A stretch of DNA of 64,000 nucleotides from positions 448,001 to 512,000 of the forward strand of contig CAWCDG010000004.1 in assembly GCA_963794325.1 (NCBI GenBank), in the 5' to 3' direction. This document shows, one piece after another, positions 42,120-53,182 of the stretch. The notes beneath the pieces were generated by a model. The model saw only the letters and a list, made by a program, of their open reading frames with translations, made no database searches and was not told the DNA's origin. Positions within the stretch are counted from its first letter, which is position 1; every line of letters starts with the position of its first letter. The DNA comes from an uncultured delta proteobacterium (GTDB lineage Bacteria; Desulfobacterota; Binatia; Binatales; Binataceae). The position numbers and the translations under genes are program-made.

Positions 42120-42679
42120 GCATGCTTACGGACACAATCGAAGACGCACGCAAGGAGATGGAGAAAACCGTCGAGGCGTTTCGCCACGAACTCTCCCGCG
42201 TCCGCACCGGCCGCGCGTCAACCGCGCTGGTCGAAAATCTGCAGGTGAACTACTACGGATCGAAAACTTCGCTACGGCAACTGGCGGGGTTGGCTGCGCC
42301 GGAGCCTCGCTTGATCGTGATAACGCCGTACGACAAGGGCGCGATGCACGACATCGAAAAAGCGATCCAGACTTCAGATCTCGGCTTGTCCCCGATGAAC
42401 GACGGCAAGGTCATTCGAATTCCGATTCCCGAGCTGACCGAGGAGCGCCGCAAGGATCTGGTCAAACACGTCCGCAAGATCGGCGAGGAATTCCGCGTCG
42501 GCATCCGCAACCATCGCCGCGACGCCAACGACATGCTCAAGGAACTGCACAAGGAAAAGCAGGCCACCGAGGACGAGATGCGCTCGGGCGAGGCCAAGGT
42601 CCAGACCTATACGACTGAGTTCATCGAAAAAATCGACAAAGTGCTCACCGCCAAAGAAGCGGAAATCATGGAGGTCTGA
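42116..42679 (+). CDS. frr: Ribosome recycling factor
   Basis: [25 protein letters not shown]. Confidence 0.98.
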   Translation: MSMLTDTIEDARKEMEKTVEAFRHELSRVRTGRASTALVENLQVNYYGSKTSLRQLAGLAAPEPRLIVITPYDKGAMHDIEKAIQTSDLGLSPMNDGKVIRIPIPELTEERRKDLVKHVRKIGEEFRVGIRNHRRDANDMLKELHKEKQATEDEMRSGEAKVQTYTTEFIEKIDKVLTAKEAEIMEV

Positions 42680-42706
42680 TCTCGCCCGTCACCATGCTTA
42701 AGCGGC

Positions 42707-43522
42707 GTGCGATCTTCGGTGAAGACTGAACCTCAAGTGGCCATCTCACTACCCCTAACAGATTTCCCCAACCTGTCTTTGGACCCATCGCGGATGCCGC
42801 GTCATGTGGCGATCGTGATGGACGGGAACGGACGATGGGCGAGCAGGCGCGGGCTCTCGCGTCATGAGGGTCATCGCCGCGGCAAGGATAGTGTCCGCGC
42901 GGTGGTCGATGCGGCCCGCGAGCTCGGCATCCCATACCTCACCCTGTATGCGTTTTCGAGCGAGAACTGGGGCCGTCCGACCACCGAAGTCAGCTTCCTG
43001 ATGCAGCTATTCCATCGCTACCTGATCACCGAAACCAAGCGCCTGATGAAACGCGACATCCGCGTGGTTGCCTTGGGAGACACCGAGCGACTGCCGCCGC
43101 GAGTCCGCGAGGCATTGGCCGAGACGGTCGCAGCGACGCGCGAGAATCGCGGGATGACGGTGGCGCTCGCTTTGTCGTACGGCGGCCGCCAGGACATCGT
43201 CAATGCGGCGCGATCGATCGCGCGAGCAGTCGCCGACGGCGCGATTTCTCCTGATCAAATCGACGAGCAGCTGGTCGCAAGCGAACTGACGACTACCGGA
43301 CTCCCCGATCCCGATCTGCTGATTCGAACCTCCGGAGAACTGCGCGTCTCCAATTTCTTTCTCTTTCAGCTCGCCTACACCGAACTATATTTCACCGACA
43401 CGTTGTGGCCCGATTTCCGCGAGCGCGAATTCCTAAGCGCGATTGCCGCCTATCAGCTTCGCGAGCGCCGTTTCGGCGCAGTCACCAACGGCACCGACAC
43501 CCGCCTGCGTGCTCAGAACTAG
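42707..43522 (+). CDS. uppS: Undecaprenyl diphosphate synthase
   Basis: HVAIVMDGNGRWA, YAFSSENW.RP, PDLLIRTSGE.R.SNF, WPDF. Confidence 0.97.
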   Translation: MRSSVKTEPQVAISLPLTDFPNLSLDPSRMPRHVAIVMDGNGRWASRRGLSRHEGHRRGKDSVRAVVDAARELGIPYLTLYAFSSENWGRPTTEVSFLMQLFHRYLITETKRLMKRDIRVVALGDTERLPPRVREALAETVAATRENRGMTVALALSYGGRQDIVNAARSIARAVADGAISPDQIDEQLVASELTTTGLPDPDLLIRTSGELRVSNFFLFQLAYTELYFTDTLWPDFREREFLSAIAAYQLRERRFGAVTNGTDTRLRAQN

Positions 43523-44303
43523 GATTCTGACAGCGGCGGTCCTGCTGCCTGCTGTTGCAGCGCTGGTGCTTTTCGCGCCCGCTTGGCTTTTCACGATTGT
43601 CAACGCAGTCGCCGGTCTCTGGGGACTCTACGAAGTCGCCGCGATGACCGGCGCGCTTCATTGGGTCGCATTGCCACTGTTCGCAGTCGTCGGCGGCGTC
43701 CCATTGTTCGGACTGCTCTACGGTGGCGACCTGGGAGTGGTGGGATGGGTGGTGCCCGCGATCGTGATCCTCATGATGCTCGGGCTGGTCGTGCGTATCG
43801 AAATCTATGGCGGCGGCGAACCCTTCCGGGGACCGCGCCTCGTGTTCATGGGCGCGGCATACGTCGGATTCCTGTTCCCCTACTTTGCGCTGCTCCGCAA
43901 CAGTCCCGACGGCATCCACATGCTCCTGCTGGTCATCTTGATGGCGGTAGTGAGCGACAGTGGCGCGTACTTCGTCGGCAGGTTCATGGGGCGCACCAAA
44001 CTCGCCCCGAATGTCAGTCCCAACAAAACGGTCGAAGGCGCGATCGGCGGACTGATTGCGACGGTCGCCGCCTCGTGGTTGCTCTTTACGATAATAGGCG
44101 GGACGTGGGACATGGGCCGAATTCTGCTATTTGCCGCTATAGTCTCCATTCTCGCGCAACTCGGCGATCTCGCCGGCTCGGCCTTGAAGCGCGCGGCGGG
44201 AGTCAAGGACTCAGGTTGGATTTTCCCCGGCCACGGCGGCCTCCTCGATCGCACTTGTTCACTGGTCTTCCCGCTCTTTTTCGCCTACTATTGGTTTCGA
44301 TGA
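43509..44303 (+). CDS. cdsA: Phosphatidate cytidylyltransferase
   Basis: DSGAYFVG, SPNKTVEG, GDL..S.LKR..GVKDSG..PGHGG.LDR. Confidence 0.95.
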   Translation: MLRTRILTAAVLLPAVAALVLFAPAWLFTIVNAVAGLWGLYEVAAMTGALHWVALPLFAVVGGVPLFGLLYGGDLGVVGWVVPAIVILMMLGLVVRIEIYGGGEPFRGPRLVFMGAAYVGFLFPYFALLRNSPDGIHMLLLVILMAVVSDSGAYFVGRFMGRTKLAPNVSPNKTVEGAIGGLIATVAASWLLFTIIGGTWDMGRILLFAAIVSILAQLGDLAGSALKRAAGVKDSGWIFPGHGGLLDRTCSLVFPLFFAYYWFR

Positions 44304-44326
44304 TGCGGCTTCGGGGGCCGCATTTT
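44303..44326 (+). terminator. Possible intrinsic terminator after cdsA
   Basis: ATGCGGC-loop-GCCGCAT followed by TTT. Confidence 0.45.
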
Positions 44327-44368
44327 CACGCTGCGAAACCTCCGCGCTGGACCTACTGAGTAAACTAA

Positions 44369-45719
44369 ATGATATCTTCGATTCTGTACGCCGCACTGGT
44401 CTTCGCGGTGCTCGTAGTCGTGCATGAGGCGGGGCATTTTGCGATGGCCAAGAAGGTCGGAGTTCGCGTCCTGCGATTCTCGGTCGGCTATCCGCCAAAA
44501 GTCCTGGGATTCCGCCGCGGCGAGACCGAGTACTCGATCGGCGCGACTCCCTTCGGCGGCTACGTCCGAATGCTGGGTGACGAAGTCGGCGAGAAGCCCA
44601 CCCTCGAAGAACTGACTTTGTATCTTCACGAAATCGGCCTCGACCTGATCGGAGCCGCGCGCGAGCACGGCACGACCCTGGCCGGCGTTTTCGATGAGAA
44701 TCTGCTGCACACTGGCGGAGCGTCTGAGCGCATCGGGCGCCGGCGTCGCGCAGACAATTCTCGGGCGCGAGCTAAAGCCCGACGAGGCGCTGCTCCTCAA
44801 CGAAGTCCGCGGTCAGCCCAAAGTTGACGACGCGATCAAAACGCTCGCGGAACATCCGCCCACCGTGCTGGTCGAGGCGTACTGCAAGCGCGCCTTTCCG
44901 ACGCAGTCGCTCGGCAAGCGCATTCTGATCGTAATTGCGGGACCGCTGTCCAACATCATTTTCGCGCCCCTGCTGCTCACCTTCGTTTTCATGTACGGCG
45001 TGCCAACGCTATTGCCGGTCGTCGGCAAGACCACCAAGGATCTCCCGGCTGCGAAGGCGGGACTTCAAATCGGCGACCGGATTCTTTCGGTCAATGGACA
45101 GCCGATGGATACCTGGGCCGATTTCTCCAAGACTGTCAAAGCCGGCGACGGCTCCCCCGTCACGCTTGAAATCGAACGTCAGCAGAAGGGCCAATCCGCG
45201 CACAGCACGATCGTGATCAAGCCGACCCGGATCGACCAGAAAAATATTTATGGCGTCAACGCGACCAGCTGGGTAATCGGAGTACAGCCGAACGGCGATG
45301 AGGTATCCAAGCGCTACGGCCCGATCGGCGCCGTGCGAGAGGCTTGCGAAACGTCGGTCGAGATGACGGTCCAGATGGTCGTCGGAATCGCCAGTATCTT
45401 CACCGGCAGCACTCCTGTGAAAGAGGCGCTCGGTGGTCCGATCATGATCGCGCAGATGGCCGGCCAGGAGGCGCATCGCGGATTCGCGAACCTCGCGATG
45501 TTCACCGTGATGCTTAGCCTCGAGCTCGGCATCATAAATTTGTTGCCGGTGCCGCTGCTCGACGGCGGGCATCTGCTGTTCTTCGTCTTCGAGGGTATCA
45601 AGGGCAAGCCGCTCGAACTTCGCTATCGCGAGGCGATGCTCCAGGTTGGACTCTTTTTGCTCGTGGCACTTATGGCGTTCGTAATCTTCAATGACATCTC
45701 GCGTATTGTGCAAGGTTAA
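44369..45719 (+). CDS. rseP: RIP metalloprotease RseP (M50, PDZ), frameshift near 44705
   Basis: HEAGH and GGYVRM in the first frame; AGP.SN, PDZ and NLLP.P.LDGGH in the second frame. Confidence 0.92.
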
Positions 45720-46512
45720 TCGGCTGCTCGAACAGGCCGCCGCGACGCGCCCGGTCCTGGGACTCGATACCTCCACATCAATCGCAAGCCTCGCGCTGAT
45801 CGCCGGCGGCAAAGTCGCTGCATCGCTCGAACGTCCCGCGAGTTCGCACGGCGCCGCATTGCCGGGCGCGCTCGACGACCTTCTCGGCGCTGCCGGACTG
45901 TCGATTCGTGACGTCGGCGCGATAGCCGTCGGCATCGGACCCGGCTCCTTCACCGGCCTGCGCATCGGTATCAGCTATGCCAAGGGACTCGCGATGGCGT
46001 CAGGATGCGCGCTGGTCGGAGTGCCGGGTTTCGACGCGGTAGCCTTAGCGGCTCTCGAGCGCAACAATATCGGCGAAGGCCATCTGGTCTGCGTGGTCAT
46101 GGATGCCCGAAAAGGCGAAGTTTACGCAGCCCTTTACCGCGTCGTGGCCGATGGGCTAGAAAAACTGTCAGAGGAATTGGTAATCGCGCTGAAACACCTG
46201 GCTTCGCAAATCACCGAGGACGTAACGTTGGTCGGTGACGAGAGAGCGAAGGATGCGGCGGCCCTTGTGGAATCGCGGGGTCATAGGGTGGCGGTTTTCG
46301 AAATAGGGAAGCTCGATTTGCGCGGAGTCTGCGTCGCAGCGCTGGGCGGGGCGGATTTTGCCCGTGGTGAAACGGATCGGGCGGCTTCGATTGAGCCGCT
46401 ATACATCAGGACGCCGGAGGCTACGTTCAGGCCCACTTCGAAACATCCGGCAGGCATAGGCACGGAGGGCGTATGGAGCATCGAGAGGAAGAACTCATTC
46501 GGCAGCATCTGA
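45691..46512 (+). CDS. tsaB: tRNA threonylcarbamoyladenosine biosynthesis protein TsaB (start uncertain)
   Basis: LGLDTST, GPGSFTGLRIG, DARKGEVY, EPLYIR. Confidence 0.93.
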   Translation: MTSRVLCKVNRLLEQAAATRPVLGLDTSTSIASLALIAGGKVAASLERPASSHGAALPGALDDLLGAAGLSIRDVGAIAVGIGPGSFTGLRIGISYAKGLAMASGCALVGVPGFDAVALAALERNNIGEGHLVCVVMDARKGEVYAALYRVVADGLEKLSEELVIALKHLASQITEDVTLVGDERAKDAAALVESRGHRVAVFEIGKLDLRGVCVAALGGADFARGETDRAASIEPLYIRTPEATFRPTSKHPAGIGTEGVWSIERKNSFGSI

Positions 46513-46703
46513 CCCATGACGAGGAGCTGAGGGCCCTCTACGCTGAGCATCAATCGCTCAAGCAAAAACTCGAAGTCTTTAGAAATAAACATTACCTGAC
46601 CAACGAAGAGGAAATCGAAGAAAAGCGCATCCAGAAGCTTAAGCTGGCCTCGAAAGACCGCATGATGGCGATTCTCGACCGCTATCAGCAAGAGGCTCGC
46701 TGA
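46473..46703 (+). CDS. DUF465/YdcH-family coiled-coil protein
   Basis: L..EH..L, LT.EEE.E.K..QK.KL..KD.M..IL; SD GGAGG. Confidence 0.8.
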   Translation: MEHREEELIRQHLTHDEELRALYAEHQSLKQKLEVFRNKHYLTNEEEIEEKRIQKLKLASKDRMMAILDRYQQEAR

Positions 46704-46741
46704 CGCCAAGGGTCCGGCCATGAGCGCGCGCACTCCACCGC

Positions 46742-47272
46742 ATGACAAGTCATACGATATCGGTTCTGGTTGAAAACGAATTCGGCGTGCTCGCACGCGT
46801 GGCCGGACTGTTTTCGGGCCGCGGCTTTAACATCGAATCCCTCACCGTCGCCGAGGATCCGCTCGATCCGACGGTCTCGAGGATTGTGCTGGTCACCACC
46901 GGCGACGATCAGATCGTCGAGCAGATCAACAAGCAGCTCAACAAGCTCGTCTCGGTCATCAAGATCACCGACTTCAAGGACGTCGAGACGATCGATCGCG
47001 AGATGGTGATCGTCAAGGTCGCGGTGGACGAGCGCACCCGCTCCGAGCTCGACTCGATCGTCAACGCCTATCGCGCCCACGTGGTCGATATCGGCCCGCG
47101 CGCAATCACCGTCGAGCTCACCGGCAACTCCGAAAAGATCAAGGCGTTCATCGCGATCGTCCGCCCGCTCGGAATCAAGGAAGTTGTGCGCTCGGGCAAA
47201 GTCGCGATGGCGCGCACGGTGCAGCTCAATAACAATAATCATCAGGGTCGCCGGACGCGCGAAGCTGAGTAG
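46742..47272 (+). CDS. ilvN: Acetolactate synthase small subunit
   Basis: VLVENEFGVLARVAGLFSGRGFNIESL, EQI.KQL.KL. Confidence 0.96.
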   Translation: MTSHTISVLVENEFGVLARVAGLFSGRGFNIESLTVAEDPLDPTVSRIVLVTTGDDQIVEQINKQLNKLVSVIKITDFKDVETIDREMVIVKVAVDERTRSELDSIVNAYRAHVVDIGPRAITVELTGNSEKIKAFIAIVRPLGIKEVVRSGKVAMARTVQLNNNNHQGRRTREAE

Positions 47273-47305
47273 TCTGACAGCGAGAAAATTCGGGAGAACA
47301 TTCAA

Positions 47306-48322
47306 ATGAAGGTTTATTACGACCGCGACGCGGACCTGTCCGCGCTCAAGGGCAAAAGTATCGCGGTCATCGGCTTTGGAAGCCAGGGACATGCGCATGC
47401 GCTCAACCTGCGCGACAGCGGGATGGACGTATGCGTCGGCCTCGGCGCGAAATCAACGTCGCGCGAAAAGGCGATCAAGCAGGGACTGAAGGTATTCGAC
47501 ACCGCGGAGGCCGCCAAGCGCGCCGATGTGATCATGGTGCTGGTGCCCGACGAGATGGGCTCCGAGATTTACGAGGCCGAAATTGCGCCGCATCTCACCA
47601 AGGGCAAGTACCTGGCCTTCGGTCACGGCTTCAACATCCATTTCAAATTCATCAAGCCGCCCGCCGACGTTAACGTCTTCATGATCGCGCCGAAGGGACC
47701 CGGCCATCTCGTGCGCTCCGAATACACCAAGGGCCGCGGCGTGCCGTGCCTGCTCGCCGTCGAGCAGGATCCGTCGGGCGATACCACCAAAGTCGGGCTC
47801 GCGTACGGCAGCGCAATCGGCGGAGGACGCGCGGCGATTATCGAAACCTCGTTCAGGGAGGAAACCGAGACCGATCTGTTCGGCGAGCAATCCGTGCTTT
47901 GCGGCGGACTCACCGAACTGATTCGCGCCGGCTACGAAACCCTGGTCGAGGCCGGCTACGCGCCCGAGATGGCGTATTTCGAGACCTTGCACGAGGTTAA
48001 GCTGATCGTGGACCTGATCTACGAGGGCGGAATCTCGAACATGCGCTACTCGATCAGCAACACCGCCGAGTACGGCGACATGACGCGCGGCACCAAGGTG
48101 ATCGGCAAGGACTCGCGCGCGGCGATGAAACAAATCCTCGCCGACATTCAGTCGGGCAAGTTCGCCAACGAATGGATCGGCGACTACAAGGCCGGGCTGC
48201 CGCGCTTCCGCGAGCTGCGCAAGGAAGCCGAGAAGCATCCGGTCGAGGAAGTCGGCCGCAAGCTGCGCGCGTTCATGCCGTGGCTCGCGAGCGATCGGCT
48301 GGTCGATAAGTCCAGGAACTAG
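47306..48322 (+). CDS. ilvC: Ketol-acid reductoisomerase
   Basis: [41 protein letters not shown]. Confidence 0.98.
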   Translation: MKVYYDRDADLSALKGKSIAVIGFGSQGHAHALNLRDSGMDVCVGLGAKSTSREKAIKQGLKVFDTAEAAKRADVIMVLVPDEMGSEIYEAEIAPHLTKGKYLAFGHGFNIHFKFIKPPADVNVFMIAPKGPGHLVRSEYTKGRGVPCLLAVEQDPSGDTTKVGLAYGSAIGGGRAAIIETSFREETETDLFGEQSVLCGGLTELIRAGYETLVEAGYAPEMAYFETLHEVKLIVDLIYEGGISNMRYSISNTAEYGDMTRGTKVIGKDSRAAMKQILADIQSGKFANEWIGDYKAGLPRFRELRKEAEKHPVEEVGRKLRAFMPWLASDRLVDKSRN

Positions 48323-48328
48323 GCGTTC

Positions 48329-49027
48329 GTGGCGGGCGAAACCGACAGCGGGCGTCCGGCGCCGGGCCCGATATTCGCGCGCATCGCGAGCGCGATCGGA
48401 ATCGCGACCGAAGGCGTCGCGATGTCGCTTGGGTTGGCGGTTGTCGGACTGGTTCTGATCCTGTTCGGCCTGAACTCGATCGGCGCGATCCTGGTGATAC
48501 TCGCGATCCCGATTGCGCTTTTCTTTCGCGATCCCGATCGCTATCCACCCCGCACCGAAAACGTCGTGATTTCGGGCGCCGACGGCAAAGTTACCGACGT
48601 TTCCGACGTATATTTTCCCGGCGCGACCGAGATGCGCTGTCATCGCGTTTCAGTGTTCATGTCGCCGCTCAACGTCCACGTGAATCGCGCGCCGATCAGT
48701 GGCGAAGTCACGATCGTCGAGCATACCAGTGGCGAGTTTCGCGCCGCCTTTCGCGACGACGCCAACGAGCACAATGAGCGCAACCTCATTGCGATGACCG
48801 ACGCGTCGGGCCGCATGTTCGCCATGATGCAGGTGGCGGGCTACCTCGCCCGGCGCATAGTTTGCCGGCTCCGCGCGCATGATAGAATACAAATCGGCCA
48901 GCGGATCGGCCTGATTATGTTTGGAAGCCGCGTCGATCATTTTTTTCCGTCCGAGTACCGGGTCACCGTCTCGACGGGGCAACGCGTCCGCGCCGGAGAA
49001 TCAGTCATCGGAGCAATCGAGCCATGA
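48329..49027 (+). CDS. psd: Phosphatidylserine decarboxylase proenzyme
   Basis: FFRDP.R, ADGKV, VFMSPLNVHVNR, FGSRVD cleavage motif. Confidence 0.93.
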   Translation: MAGETDSGRPAPGPIFARIASAIGIATEGVAMSLGLAVVGLVLILFGLNSIGAILVILAIPIALFFRDPDRYPPRTENVVISGADGKVTDVSDVYFPGATEMRCHRVSVFMSPLNVHVNRAPISGEVTIVEHTSGEFRAAFRDDANEHNERNLIAMTDASGRMFAMMQVAGYLARRIVCRLRAHDRIQIGQRIGLIMFGSRVDHFFPSEYRVTVSTGQRVRAGESVIGAIEP

Positions 49028-49946
49028 GCCGCAATTCCCGCCGCTCGCGCGAAGAGCGATTCCGGATGCAACTCCATTCGGGTGAGCGCCGCGAACCCGG
49101 CATCATCGAAGACAGCCCACTGCGTCGTGGCGTCTTTCTGTTGCCCGCGACGATCACTTCGATCGGCCTGCTCTCGGGCTTCTACTCGATGGTCTCCGCG
49201 GTTACCGGTCACTTCGAAGTCGCCGCCGTGATGATCATCGTCGCGTTCTTTTGCGACGGCCTCGACGGGCGCGTCGCGCGCGCGTCGCGCACCTCGAGCC
49301 AGTTCGGCGTCGAGTTCGATAGCCTCTCCGACGTGGTCGCATTCGGCGTCGCACCCGCGATGCTGGTCTTCTCGTGGGCGTTGAGGCCAATCGGCTCGCT
49401 CGGAATCGCAGTCGCAGGATTGTTCGTGCTGTGCGGCGCGCTTCGCCTGGCGCGCTTCAACGTGCAGACCGAGACGGCGGACAAGAGTCGTTTCGTCGGC
49501 ATCCCGATTCCCGGCGCCGCGATCATGATCGCCTCGCTCGTGCTGGCATACAGCTACTTCGAATTCGATTCGCCGCGCACCCTATGCTACGCTTGATGGT
49601 GCCGATCACGCTGACGCTCGGCGGTCTCATGATCTCGCGAGTGCCCTACCCCAGCTTCAAAGCGATGAAGCTCGAGAAGCGCGCACAGTTCGAACTCGTG
49701 ATCATCATGATGGTAGTTGCCGCGATGCTGTTCGCGATGCCGCAGCTCACCGCATTCCTGCTCTCAGCGGCGTACGTGCTATCCGGTCCCGCACTGATGA
49801 TTCGAGGCGAACGCTTGAGCGCCAAAGTCTCGGTGCTGCGCCCCGTCGCGCCGACGAAGCCTCACGACACCAACGGCGCCGCATCGCAACCCGACACGGC
49901 CAAGCGCACCCGCAGCCTCCGCGACCACCAACCCGTGTCTCACTGA
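49024..49946 (+). CDS. pssA: CDP-diacylglycerol--serine O-phosphatidyltransferase, frameshift near 49590
   Basis: DGLDGRVAR, G.EFDSLSD, RLARFN, F.G.P.P; second frame has LMIS.VPYPSFK. Confidence 0.9.
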
Positions 49947-49978
49947 TCAATTCTCCGATCGCGCATTCTCATCACTGC

Positions 49979-50008
49979 TTGACTGAGGTCTCCATCGGCG
50001 CTTAGAAT
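49979..50008 (+). promoter_or_regulatory. Sigma70 promoter of the leu leader
   Basis: TTGACT-18 nt-TAGAAT. Confidence 0.65.
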
Positions 50009-50017
50009 CCGTACACG

Positions 50018-50101
50018 ATGTATTGCAACCTGCTACCGGAGCTGCTGCTTAGCCTGGCCCTTACCGGGGCCCACGCCAGGCGCGCGTCCGGACAGGTTTA
50101 A
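50018..50101 (+). CDS. Leucine-rich leader peptide (27 aa, MYCNLLPELLLSLALTGAHARRASGQV)
   Basis: Seven Leu codons in an 11-codon stretch, upstream of a terminator and leuA. Confidence 0.8.
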   Translation: MYCNLLPELLLSLALTGAHARRASGQV

Positions 50102-50123
50102 CCGCCTGATTAAACTGAGACAC

Positions 50124-50171
50124 ACGCCCCGGGCAGTGGGCCGATCGAACCCGCCCGGGGCGTTTTCTTTT
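50124..50171 (+). terminator. Attenuator terminator upstream of leuA
   Basis: ACGCCCCGGGC/GCCCGGGGCGT 11-bp stem followed by TTTCTTTT; the 5' arm can pair with CCGGGGC at 50064-50070. Confidence 0.82.
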
Positions 50172-50230
50172 CCACTTTCCGCTCTCGGCGAACGATCGGC
50201 AGCTGATCCCGCGGCGATGATGCGGGAGGT

Positions 50231-51814
<1,584 letters not shown>

Positions 51815-52066
51815 GCCAGTGGAAAGTGAAAATGGGGCTTGCCGCAACATGATACTTGGGCTACTGGTTTGACAGCTTGAGTTTGAACTTGAATTCGCTC
51901 TTCATCCCGTGCGATGTGTGGCTTTCGGCGGCTCCCGCCGTTGTGGCGAAGTTTGCTACCGCGCCATCGCGCTCTGCGGTCGTAATTTTCGAGGCTATAC
52001 ACTGACGGGTCGAGACTGTCTCACTCTCCTCCCGATCACTCACGTCCAGGCGTTCAACGCTTTCGC

Positions 52067-53182
52067 ATGGCCTATAAAATTCTAGTTCTCAAAGGTGACG
52101 GCATCGGCCCCGAGGTTGTCGGCGAAGCCCTGCAGGTTCTCAAGATCATCGCGCGCCGATCGGCGGTCGATCTCGAGTTCAAGGAAGGATTGATCGGCGG
52201 TCACGCGCTTGACACCGCTGGCACCCCACTGCCCGATGAAGTGCTCAAGCTCGCGCAGGACAGCGACGCGATTCTGCTCGGCGCAGTCGGCGGACCGAAA
52301 TGGGACAAGCCCAACGCCGAGAAGCGTCCCGAGCAGGCGCTGCTTGGACTGCGGAAAGCACTCGGACTGTTCGCCAATGTCCGTCCGGTGAAAACCGTCA
52401 AGGAACTGATGGCTGCGTCGCCGCTCAAGGCCGAAGTGATCAGCGGCGTCGACGTGGTAATCATTCGCGAGCTGACCGGCGGCATCTACTACGGCCAGCC
52501 GAGCGAAAGGCGCGCGTCCAAGGATGGCCGCGAGGCGGTCGATACGTGCTTCTACAGCGAGGCCGAGATTACCCGCGTCCTCAAGTTTGGTTTCGAGCTG
52601 GCCCAGGATCGCCGCAAGAAACTGACCTCGGTCGACAAGGCCAACGTGCTCGCAACCTCCCGCTTGTGGCGGGAGATCGCAACCGAGCTGAGCGCGCAGT
52701 ACAAAGATGTCGCGTTCGAAAACCAGCTGGTCGATTCGATGGCGATGCATCTGATACGGCGTCCCAAGGACTTCGACGTGGTCGTCACCGAAAACATGTT
52801 CGGCGACATCCTGACCGACGAGGCCTCGGTGCTCGCGGGATCGATGGGCCTGTTGCCATCAGCGTCGCTTGGCGAGGAGCTCAACAGCGCCGGTTTCCGC
52901 GTCGGTCTCTACGAACCGATTCACGGCAGCGCCCCTGATATCGCGGGCCGCGACGAAGCGAATCCGCTCGCCGCGATCCTGTCGGCCGGACTGTTGCTCG
53001 AGCATTCGCTCGGAATGCGTTCCGAAGCCGAGCTGATTTCCAATGCTGTCGATTCTGTAGTGCGCGACGGCTATCGCACTCGCGACCTTCACGGCGGCAC
53101 CGGCACGCAGACCGTCGGATGCAAGGCGATGGGCCGGCTGGTCCGCGAAAAACTCGAGAGCAGCGAAAGCGAAGGCGAATGA
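52067..53182 (+). CDS. leuB: 3-isopropylmalate dehydrogenase
   Basis: GDGIGPEV, RELTGGIY.G, VDKANVL, NMFGDIL.DEA, EPIHGSAPDIAG. Confidence 0.98.
   Translation: MAYKILVLKGDGIGPEVVGEALQVLKIIARRSAVDLEFKEGLIGGHALDTAGTPLPDEVLKLAQDSDAILLGAVGGPKWDKPNAEKRPEQALLGLRKALGLFANVRPVKTVKELMAASPLKAEVISGVDVVIIRELTGGIYYGQPSERRASKDGREAVDTCFYSEAEITRVLKFGFELAQDRRKKLTSVDKANVLATSRLWREIATELSAQYKDVAFENQLVDSMAMHLIRRPKDFDVVVTENMFGDILTDEASVLAGSMGLLPSASLGEELNSAGFRVGLYEPIHGSAPDIAGRDEANPLAAILSAGLLLEHSLGMRSEAELISNAVDSVVRDGYRTRDLHGGTGTQTVGCKAMGRLVREKLESSESEGE

Noticed and set aside
50111-50123. AAACTGAGACAC in the leu leader, resembling the cassette boundary motif
   Set aside because: It is a single short match with no partner or cargo and could be chance.
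51815-52066. Possible ncRNA or small gene between leuA and leuB
   Set aside because: There are only weak hairpins and no convincing ORF or motif; it is probably a promoter region.
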